Source: Bdellovibrionales bacterium (GTDB lineage Bacteria > Bdellovibrionota > Bdellovibrionia > Bdellovibrionales > UBA1609). Taken from it: 35,277 bases of DNA. Below are positions 27,974 through 35,277 of this stretch, piece after piece. The notes under the pieces are model-generated. The model saw nothing but the letters and a program-made list of their open reading frames with translations, ran no database searches and was not told the DNA's origin. Location: positions 1 to 35,277 of the forward strand of contig JBFWVI010000034.1 in assembly GCA_050246815.1 (NCBI GenBank), read 5' to 3'. The first letter of the stretch is position 1. Each line of letters opens with the position of its first letter. A program made the position numbers and the translations under genes.

Positions 27974-29563
27974 TTGAAGGAGATTCTGCATTTGACGGAG
28001 TTGTGGTGGGTTTTTGTTTTAGGTGGGGTTTTAGTCGGTGCCATCGCCGCATGGCTGGGCTTGCGCCTTCGCCGCCATCATGTGGTTGCCCAGGCTGAAG
28101 AGCAGGCCCACGAATGGGTCACCAATGCCGAAGAAAAACTGCGCACGATTGAAGCGGAACTCAAAGATCGCATGGACGAAATGCGCGAAGAGTCCATGGA
28201 ACGTTTTGAAAAGGAAACCTTCAAACACGTTCAACGCAACCAAGAACTCGCCGATAAAATAGAAGAGCGCGAAGATCAGCTCAAAGACAAGCTCCAAACT
28301 CAAGAACAAGCCCGCAATCGCCAAGAGCAAATTTTTAAATCACGGCAAGGTCGACTGCAAAGTCGTGAAGGTCAGGTGCGCGGGGTGACTGAAAAGCGCG
28401 ATCAGCTCGTCAAGACCTATCGTGCGGCCCTTGAAAGCCGCTCGCAGGCCGATCTAGAAAAAATGCGCCAAGAAATTTTAGCCCAGCTTGAAATTGAAGC
28501 CAGCCGCCACGCCACCAAACAAGCCCTGGCGATGGAAGAAGAAAATGACGTCAATCTGGAGCGCGACGCCAAACGCGTGCTGCATATTGCCCTGAACCGC
28601 TTTCCCCGCCCCTACTGCGCGGAGCGCGGTATCGGCAACGTCGAGTTCCCCTCGCCTGAAATCAAAGAACGCACGCTGGGTCCAGAGCGAAAGTTGTTAA
28701 AGGCCCTAGAAAAAACCTGTGGTGTCGATATCTCGATCAACGACGAATATCAAAGCGCTTCGGTGCTGGGGTACGATCCCGTGCGCCGTGAACTGGGACG
28801 ATTATCGCTTGAAAAACTGGTGGCCGATCGAAATCCCAGTGAAGCGCGCATTCCGGAAATCGTGCAGAATTGCAAAAAAGAGCTGTTCAAAAAAATTATC
28901 AATGATGGCAATCGAATTGCCCGCGAGCTGCGTCTTGACGGCTTTAGCGAAGAGATTCGTCATATGATGGGCGCGCTTCGCTATCGTTATTCTTTCGCGC
29001 AGAACCAGCATTTTCACTGCGCAGAAGTGGGATGGCTGTGTGGCTTGCTGTCCAGCGAGCTGGGCGTGGAAGTGAAAGACGGCCGCCGCGCCGGCCTTTT
29101 GCATGATATTGGCAAAGCGATGGATCACTCCAAAGAAGGTGGCCACGCCGTGATTGGCGCCGAGTTCATTGAGCAGCATGGTGAGAAGCCGCATATCGTA
29201 CACGCCGTTCGGGCCCACCATTTTGATGAAACACCGGCCACGGATTTGGCGTATTTGGTTATCGCGGCGGATGCGATTTCGGGGGCACGACCGGGAGCGC
29301 GACGTTCAACCGTGGATTCTTACACGCAGAAAATTGCGGACCTTGAAAAGATCAGTTCTAGCTTTGATGGCGTGATTGCGACTTATATTTTGAGCGCTGG
29401 CCGTGAGGTTCGGGTGATTGTGGACAGCCATCGTATTGATGATCATAAGGCACTTGAGCTGAGTAAGCAGATCGCGCGTAAGATTGAGGAAGAAGCGTCG
29501 TATCCTGGGTTGATCAAACTGACCGTTGTCAGAGAAACTCAGGCTATCGAAATGGCGAAGTAA
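27974..29563 (+). CDS. rny: Ribonuclease Y-family protein (TM anchor, coiled coil, divergent KH, HD domain)
   Basis: N-terminal TM, long coiled coil, DPVRRE, LHDIGK, AADAISGARPGARR, AGREVRV and YPGLIKLTVVRE. The start codon is uncertain. Confidence 0.88.
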   Translation: MKEILHLTELWWVFVLGGVLVGAIAAWLGLRLRRHHVVAQAEEQAHEWVTNAEEKLRTIEAELKDRMDEMREESMERFEKETFKHVQRNQELADKIEEREDQLKDKLQTQEQARNRQEQIFKSRQGRLQSREGQVRGVTEKRDQLVKTYRAALESRSQADLEKMRQEILAQLEIEASRHATKQALAMEEENDVNLERDAKRVLHIALNRFPRPYCAERGIGNVEFPSPEIKERTLGPERKLLKALEKTCGVDISINDEYQSASVLGYDPVRRELGRLSLEKLVADRNPSEARIPEIVQNCKKELFKKIINDGNRIARELRLDGFSEEIRHMMGALRYRYSFAQNQHFHCAEVGWLCGLLSSELGVEVKDGRRAGLLHDIGKAMDHSKEGGHAVIGAEFIEQHGEKPHIVHAVRAHHFDETPATDLAYLVIAADAISGARPGARRSTVDSYTQKIADLEKISSSFDGVIATYILSAGREVRVIVDSHRIDDHKALELSKQIARKIEEEASYPGLIKLTVVRETQAIEMAK

Positions 29564-29710
29564 CCGGGCATCCGGCTTCGGGCCTCAGGCCGCTGGCCCC
29601 GACCCTGGGTCTTTGAAAAACCGCACGTGGTCTTTACCGTCTTTGTTAAAAAATGGCCTAAAACTTCAGGTGTTGTTATCTTGCTGCGCGAATCCGCGGG
29701 CTTTGAAGTC

Positions 29711-30538
29711 TTAAGGATAAAATTTGCTGGTTTCTAAATGCTCCGGCGTTTGCCCACTTGGCAACCTGATCTTAAACGGAACTGTATGCCGATCGCTCTC
29801 AAAACCAGACGGCCGACTCACATCAAAGTGCAAATGCGGAATCTTCGCCGCCCCGGTCATTCCGGACTGCGCTAAAAATTGTCCCGCCCGCACCTGATCG
29901 CCCACGTTCACTTTGATGCCTTTTTGTCGCAAGTGCGAATAAACACTGATCGTGCCGTCTTCATGCAGCAGCCAAACTTGATTGGCTTGCCCACGTTCAG
30001 CGTCGCTGAGTGTGGTCTGCGTGAATTGATCTTTGATCAATATAACACGACCGTCGCGGGCGGCCCAGACCGAGGTTCCTTCGGTCATCGCAAAATCCAA
30101 AGCATGGAGGCGACGGCCTTGATGACTGCCTTTACCAAAAAATCCTTGAATCAACTGATAAGAATTTTTGTGATCAAACGGCAGTTGAAAGCTTTCCGAA
30201 GGCTGGCTGACAGAAAGTAAGCCCCAACGCCCCGAAAACTTGAGCGCCTTCAGATCCTGCGGCTGTGTGACGTTTTTCACAACAATGGCGGTGATGGTCT
30301 GCCCACCCTTTAACTCGACCACTTTGGGAAGGCTTTCAGAGGATGCCAGGTCACTGCTTTGTGACTCTATTTTCACCGAGACCGGGCGGCCGGCAGAGGC
30401 CGTCAACTTCACTTGAGTGCCCTCGGGGCCGGGCTCATAACGGACGCAAAACATTTTGTCGCAAGCCGCGGCCTGCCATGAAATCGCAAACAACGAAACC
30501 AGTCCCAGGGCAAATGCCCTTTTTTGCGTTGAATTCAT
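29711..30538 (-). CDS. Secreted M23 family metallopeptidase
   Basis: Signal peptide, HALDFAM (HxxxD-type region), YSHL, SGMTG and PHLHF (HxH). Confidence 0.88.
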   Translation of the reverse strand: MNSTQKRAFALGLVSLFAISWQAAACDKMFCVRYEPGPEGTQVKLTASAGRPVSVKIESQSSDLASSESLPKVVELKGGQTITAIVVKNVTQPQDLKALKFSGRWGLLSVSQPSESFQLPFDHKNSYQLIQGFFGKGSHQGRRLHALDFAMTEGTSVWAARDGRVILIKDQFTQTTLSDAERGQANQVWLLHEDGTISVYSHLRQKGIKVNVGDQVRAGQFLAQSGMTGAAKIPHLHFDVSRPSGFESDRHTVPFKIRLPSGQTPEHLETSKFYP

Positions 30539-30546
30539 CGTGAACC

Positions 30547-32094
30547 TCACGGGCTTCGACGTATTAATGCATCCGCGGTTTTCAGAACAACGGATTCGCG
30601 TTCGGCCAAGTTTTGTAGCTGACGAAACAACTCAGTGACCACCACCTGATCACTGGGCAGTGGTACGTTTTGATTTTGCAGCAACCATTTTACGTAACGG
30701 GTCGAGCGATCCACTAGCTTACCGTTGGTGGGCATGACATAAGTCATAAAATTGCTTTCAAAACGTTTCAGGCGTCCCATCAAAAGTGTGGAATGAATAT
30801 TTAAAACCATTTTGAGCAAGAGATGATCAAATAACAATCCTCGCCCAAAACGAGGTAACTTCAGTTGCTGATCGCGAAAATGAAGCTCGATATGATCTTG
30901 TTTTAAGTGAACCGCGAAAAAATGGTGGGTCCCGTTCGGCAGGACTTGCTGACGATAATGGGGAACCGTTGCGCCGAAGTCAAAACCCGTTAAATAATCG
31001 ATCGTGGTCTTTTGATTGCGATTTGGCCAATTTAAGACCCGAGGCTGGCGAAGCAGTAGTTTTTGCCAGCTTTGCGCGCCGTCCGCGGCGGAAGGGATCA
31101 TGATGTATGAGAGCGAATGCTCAGCACGCGGAAACTTTTGATTATTGAACGCCGGCAAACTAAAAGTTGGCGAGCGTTCGGTGGTGTCGGTGAAAACTGT
31201 GATCGCCAAATCTTCGGCCTGATAAATCACGAAATCGCCGGCTTGATAGGCGTCCGATTCCGCGATGATCAATGGGGCCAGTTGTGCCGCCGACCATTGG
31301 CGGTAGTGATCCAACCAGGCCCCGACTCGATTGGCGGCCTCCCCAGCCGAGGTCCAATCAAACAAAGTCAGACCAATGGCCAATTGCAAAACCGTTGAGG
31401 CTTGCATACGTGTGCTGCCCGCCAAGGCCATGGGACCGACAAAAAGACAAATGTTGTGAATCCGCGGGTTTTGCAAAACCCGTTTTGAGCGCTCAACGCT
31501 CTCAAGCAACACCTCTTTGGGGTTGCAGTATAAAAAGAAGGGTTTGCGCGAAGAAAGATTCAGCGCCGCTTCGGTTGCGCCAATCACAAATGGGGTCTCG
31601 CCCCCTTCAGTGGAACTAATCAAAAGATCACCTTCGCCAAAACCAAGATCGGCCAGCTGTTGAGCGCCGTATTCAGGAAAATCCTCAAAGCCCTCCAGGG
31701 AGTGAACCAAAGCCACATCGCCCCCGGCCATAAAGCCGATCACTTGATCCGCGCGGGCCGGCTGGCTTTGCCGCCACAAATACTCAAGGCTCAGGCTCAA
31801 GCGCCCGGTGGCACCGCAACCGCACAAAAAGACCCGACGTCCCGCCGCGAGCGTCTCCTTTATGGCCATTGCCATCGGTTGAAGACTGGGAATATAGCTT
31901 TGAAACTTCATCAGGGCCTGCACGTCGATCGTTTGCAGCAAGCGTGAGGCCTGTGGCAGATCATTTTTTAATAAGTCCGACAAATGCCGCGTCTGCGGAT
32001 GTGAAGATTCAGTTGGCAGTTTTCCTAAATGATAAAGCGATGCAGATTTTAAAAATTCTTCGGCTTTGGCTTCGGGCGTAAGTTCTGCTGTCAT
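30547..32094 (-). CDS. MurQ/glucokinase-regulator-like SIS protein (long form)
   Basis: LPTE, CGCGATGRL, AGG..AL...EGFED, GGETPFVIG, GPMALAGSTRMQA and KMVLNIHST...NFM...TNGKLVDR. Confidence 0.8.
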   Translation of the reverse strand: MTAELTPEAKAEEFLKSASLYHLGKLPTESSHPQTRHLSDLLKNDLPQASRLLQTIDVQALMKFQSYIPSLQPMAMAIKETLAAGRRVFLCGCGATGRLSLSLEYLWRQSQPARADQVIGFMAGGDVALVHSLEGFEDFPEYGAQQLADLGFGEGDLLISSTEGGETPFVIGATEAALNLSSRKPFFLYCNPKEVLLESVERSKRVLQNPRIHNICLFVGPMALAGSTRMQASTVLQLAIGLTLFDWTSAGEAANRVGAWLDHYRQWSAAQLAPLIIAESDAYQAGDFVIYQAEDLAITVFTDTTERSPTFSLPAFNNQKFPRAEHSLSYIMIPSAADGAQSWQKLLLRQPRVLNWPNRNQKTTIDYLTGFDFGATVPHYRQQVLPNGTHHFFAVHLKQDHIELHFRDQQLKLPRFGRGLLFDHLLLKMVLNIHSTLLMGRLKRFESNFMTYVMPTNGKLVDRSTRYVKWLLQNQNVPLPSDQVVVTELFRQLQNLAERESVVLKTADALIRRSP

Positions 32095-32137
32095 AATGAT
32101 GCACTCAGGTTAAGATAATGACCCGGATGGAGGCAAT

Positions 32138-32545
32138 ATGGTTTGGTTGATCGCGCTCGGGGCCGGACTGGCCAGCGTCATTCAAGGCGGTTTGAACCGC
32201 CAGTTGGGGCGTAACTGGGACCTGGCCAGTGTTGTTTTTTTAAATGGCGCAGTCTTCGTGATTTGCGCCGGCCTTTATTGGCTGTGGCAGCGGGAGCAAG
32301 TGAATGCTGGATCTTGGTCGTGGTGGGCGGTTATCCCGGGGATGCTGGGGTTTTTGTTTGTCTTGGCCGTGCCCTTCGCTATCTCGCGTTTGGGCGCCAT
32401 GTCAGTTTTTATCTGTCTGATTGCCGCCCAGATCGTCGGCGGATTAGTTTGGGATTTGATGGTTGAAGGTCTGTCACCCAGTCCTTATAAATGGGCTGGT
32501 GCCGCTTTGGCGGCGATGGGTGCTTTGATCATGAGCCGTAGTTAA
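32138..32545 (+). CDS. DMT/YdcZ-family small membrane transporter
   Basis: Five hydrophobic helices, QGGLN, WW..PG.LG and Q......D, with RBS GGAGG. Confidence 0.85.
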   Translation: MVWLIALGAGLASVIQGGLNRQLGRNWDLASVVFLNGAVFVICAGLYWLWQREQVNAGSWSWWAVIPGMLGFLFVLAVPFAISRLGAMSVFICLIAAQIVGGLVWDLMVEGLSPSPYKWAGAALAAMGALIMSRS

Positions 32546-32603
32546 AACAACACGAGTGCCGCCTAAGCGGGGCTCGCAATATCAATCAACTTTGAGGTCA
32601 CAC

Positions 32604-33869
32604 ATGCGTCGTGTAGCAATTGTCGGTGGTTCTAGAGTTCCCTTTGCCCGTTCATTTGGCCCCTATATGGGCGTCAACATTCAAACCATGATGGCCGCCG
32701 CCGTCGAAGGTGTCGCCAAGAAATACAACTTAAGCGGCATGACCATAGGCGAGCTGGCTGTGGGCGCGGTGCTCAAACACTCACGCGATTGGAACTTTGC
32801 TCGCGAAGTTCTGCTTTCAACTTCGCTCGCCCCCCAAACTCCCGCGTTTGATGTGGTTCAGGCCTGCGGCACTAGCCTTGAGGCCTCGATTCTAATCGCC
32901 AATAAAATCGCTGTTGGGCAAATGGAATGCGGTATCGCCGGCGGTGTCGACACCAACAGCGACATCCCGTTTGTATTTCCGACCCGTTTCAATCATCTGA
33001 TGCTGGAGCTGGCAAAAGCCAAAAGCTTTGGCCAGCGCCTTGGTATTTTGTCGCGCTTTCGCCCCAAAGATCTAAAACCACAAAGCCCAATGGTGGTGGA
33101 GCCTCGCACCGGATTGAGTATGGGCCAAAGTTGCGAACTGATGGCCAAAGAGTGGAAGCTGACACGCACAGAGCAAGACGAGCTGGCGTTGGCCAGTCAC
33201 AAAAATGCGGTGAAAGCCTATGAAGAGGGTTTCTACAGCGATTTGGTTGTGCCCTTTCATGGCTTGGAAAAAGACCAGGTCCCACGCGCTGACAGCAGTC
33301 TTGAAAAATTGGCTAAACTGCGCCCCGCCTTCGACACTTCTGGGCAAGGCACTCTGACTGCTGGCAACAGCTCGGCGTTGACGGATGGGGCCGCAGCGGT
33401 TTTGTTGGCCAGCGAGGATTGGGCCAAATCACGCGGCCTACCGATCTTGGCCTATCTGAAAGACGCACAAACGTCCGCCGTTGATTTTGTCAAAGCCGAA
33501 GGCCTACTGATGGCCCCCACTTATGCTGTTTCACAATTGCTTGAGCGCAACAAAATGAAGTTACAGGATTTTGATGTCTACGAAATCCATGAGGCTTTTG
33601 CCGCACAGGTTCTTTGCACACTAAAAGCCTGGGAGTCGCCGGAGTTCAATAAAAAACGATTGGGCCGTAACGACCCCTTGGGAGCGATTGATCGCAGTAA
33701 GATGAATTTGAAAGGCGGCTCGATTGCCATTGGCCATCCCTTCGCGGCCACCGGCGCACGCATCGTCGCAAGCCTTGCCAAGATGCTGCAACAGCGTGGT
33801 TCAGGACGCGGCTTGATTTCAATTTGCACGGGCGGCGGCATGGGCGTGACCGCTATCTTAGAAAGATAA
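32604..33869 (+). CDS. Acetyl-CoA C-acyltransferase (thiolase, FadI-like)
   Basis: RVPFARS, QACGTS (catalytic Cys), HEAFAAQ, GHPFAATG and CTGGG. ATG 32604 follows GAGG. Confidence 0.93.
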   Translation: MRRVAIVGGSRVPFARSFGPYMGVNIQTMMAAAVEGVAKKYNLSGMTIGELAVGAVLKHSRDWNFAREVLLSTSLAPQTPAFDVVQACGTSLEASILIANKIAVGQMECGIAGGVDTNSDIPFVFPTRFNHLMLELAKAKSFGQRLGILSRFRPKDLKPQSPMVVEPRTGLSMGQSCELMAKEWKLTRTEQDELALASHKNAVKAYEEGFYSDLVVPFHGLEKDQVPRADSSLEKLAKLRPAFDTSGQGTLTAGNSSALTDGAAAVLLASEDWAKSRGLPILAYLKDAQTSAVDFVKAEGLLMAPTYAVSQLLERNKMKLQDFDVYEIHEAFAAQVLCTLKAWESPEFNKKRLGRNDPLGAIDRSKMNLKGGSIAIGHPFAATGARIVASLAKMLQQRGSGRGLISICTGGGMGVTAILER

Positions 33870-33880
33870 GAGGTTCATCC

Positions 33881-34834
33881 ATGACTTACTCGACATACCC
33901 TATAACCGAGCCCTACAACACCGGCCGTTTGAAAGTGTCTTCGCTGCATGAACTTTACTACGAAGAAGTGGGCAACCCCAAAGGTGCACCGATTGTGTTT
34001 TTACACGGTGGCCCCGGCGGCGGGGTGGCGCCGAAGTATCGACAATTTTTTGATCCGCGCCACTATCGCGTGATTTTATTCGACCAGCGTGGCGCGGGTT
34101 TAAGCACGCCCTATGCCGATCTTCGCGAAAACACCACCTGGGATCTGGTCGCAGACATTGAAAAACTGCGCACTCACTTGAAAATCGATCAATGGATCGT
34201 TTTTGGCGGCAGTTGGGGCAGCACTCTGGCCTTAGCCTATGCAGAAACTCACCCCACCAGCGTCAAAGGTTTGGTCTTGCGCGGAATTTTCTTGTGCCGC
34301 AAAAAAGAAATCGACTGGTTTTATCAAGATGGCGCCAGCAAGATCTTCCCCGACTTTTGGGACCACTACTTGGCCGCGATTCCCGAAAGCGAACGCCACG
34401 ATTTGGTGACGGCTTATCACAAACGTCTCACTCATCCGGATAAAAAAATCCAGCTGGAAGCTGCTCGCGCCTGGAGCATTTGGGAAGGCTCCACTTCGAT
34501 GCTTTTCCCCAGCGATGATTTGATCGGTCGCTTCGCCGGGGATGAGTTTGCCCTGGCCTTTGCGCGCATCGAATGCCATTATTTCGTCAATCGCGCATTC
34601 TTCCCCACCGATAACTATTTGATTGAGAATGTTCATAAGATCCGCCACATCCCAGCCGAAATTGTTCACGGACGCTACGATGTGGTGTGTCCAATTGAGA
34701 ATGCGTGGGAACTGCATCGCGCTTGGCCCGAATCACTTTTGCACATGATCCCCGATTGCGGTCATTCGGCATTAGAGCCTGGCATTTCTCGCAAACTTGT
34801 GGAAGTCACCGAGCGATTTAAGAATTTGGGTTAG
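33881..34834 (+). CDS. pip: Proline iminopeptidase
   Basis: HGGPGGG, FDQRG, NTTWDLV, GGSWGS, LRGIFL, GRYD and GHSA. ATG 33881 follows GAGG. Confidence 0.95.
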   Translation: MTYSTYPITEPYNTGRLKVSSLHELYYEEVGNPKGAPIVFLHGGPGGGVAPKYRQFFDPRHYRVILFDQRGAGLSTPYADLRENTTWDLVADIEKLRTHLKIDQWIVFGGSWGSTLALAYAETHPTSVKGLVLRGIFLCRKKEIDWFYQDGASKIFPDFWDHYLAAIPESERHDLVTAYHKRLTHPDKKIQLEAARAWSIWEGSTSMLFPSDDLIGRFAGDEFALAFARIECHYFVNRAFFPTDNYLIENVHKIRHIPAEIVHGRYDVVCPIENAWELHRAWPESLLHMIPDCGHSALEPGISRKLVEVTERFKNLG

Positions 34835-35027
34835 TCGAGAGCCCAAGATTTTGTTGAAGTGTTCGACACTCTATTCGAAGTCCGCAAGCGCCACGCCCAC
34901 AAGCTGATCATTTTTTTTGAAATCTATTTCACCAACGTTACGAAACACGACGCTGAGCATTTTCGCAAACTGTTCAGTGACTAAACGCAGCGCACACTTT
35001 GAGCACTTTTTCGCGAATTTTTGTGTC

Positions 35028-35118
35028 ATCTCAAAATGAGATTGCCGAGATTAATCAACAAATTGCCTTCGAGCCTGTCACCTTTTGAAGCACACACAGC
35101 TTAGGCACCGCGCTTGCT
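35028..35118 (+). promoter_or_regulatory. Palindromic site, IHF site and sigma54 promoter
   Basis: ATCTCA-AAA-TGAGAT (35028-35042), AATCAACAAATTG perfect IHF site (35053-35065) and AGGCACCGCGCTTGCT GG-N10-GC (35103-35118). Confidence 0.65.
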
Positions 35119-35146
35119 ACCTTGTACCTGTGGGTGGGAGGCTCTT

Positions 35147-35277
35147 ATGGGCACATGGAAGGTCACAAATAAAATCCTGGGATTGATCCTGATCGGTCTA
35201 TCAGGCGTGGCATGCTCGGAAGTCGCCTTTACTCCTGCACCCATTGAACAGGCACAACAGGGCCCTATCGACAATGG
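35147..35277 (+). CDS. Lipoprotein, N-terminal fragment (3' partial)
   Basis: RBS GGGAGG, then MGTWKVTNKILGLILIGLSGVA-CSEVAFTPAP with a lipobox Cys. Not in the ORF track because it is truncated by the window end. Confidence 0.75.
   Translation, partial: MGTWKVTNKILGLILIGLSGVACSEVAFTPAPIEQAQQGPIDN

Noticed and set aside
29563..29710. GC-rich hairpins after rny as a possible ncRNA (for example 6S)
   Set aside because: The region is short with only weak local stems and no long 6S-like rod with a central bubble.

Overview
Bacterial chromosomal window. Gene content and style suggest a predatory Bdellovibrionota/Oligoflexia-like organism (inference). Housekeeping or metabolic genes include a lipid/ester cluster (two alpha/beta hydrolases, a FabG-like reductase, a non-canonical FabH-like enzyme, an acyl-CoA ligase), DUF218, ETF:quinone oxidoreductase, HIT, ROK kinase, pdxH, CBS, a cNMP-binding regulator, RNase Y, an M23 peptidase, a MurQ/GKRP-like SIS protein, a DMT transporter, a thiolase and proline iminopeptidase. 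The most striking region is an island of about 11.5 kb (10197-21659) of six same-strand genes, five with clear signal peptides and one with a possible one. They are a degenerate kinase-like protein, a small Ala/Lys-rich Cys protein, a translationally coupled trio of large helical proteins with C-proximal membrane-type helices (the largest ends in a J-domain-like remnant), and a ClpB-like AAA+ unfoldase whose N-domain is replaced by a signal peptide. Sigma54 (-24/-12) motifs precede these units, some with IHF sites. I hypothesise an exported translocon/effector system. No rRNA, tRNA, CRISPR array or transposase was recognised.
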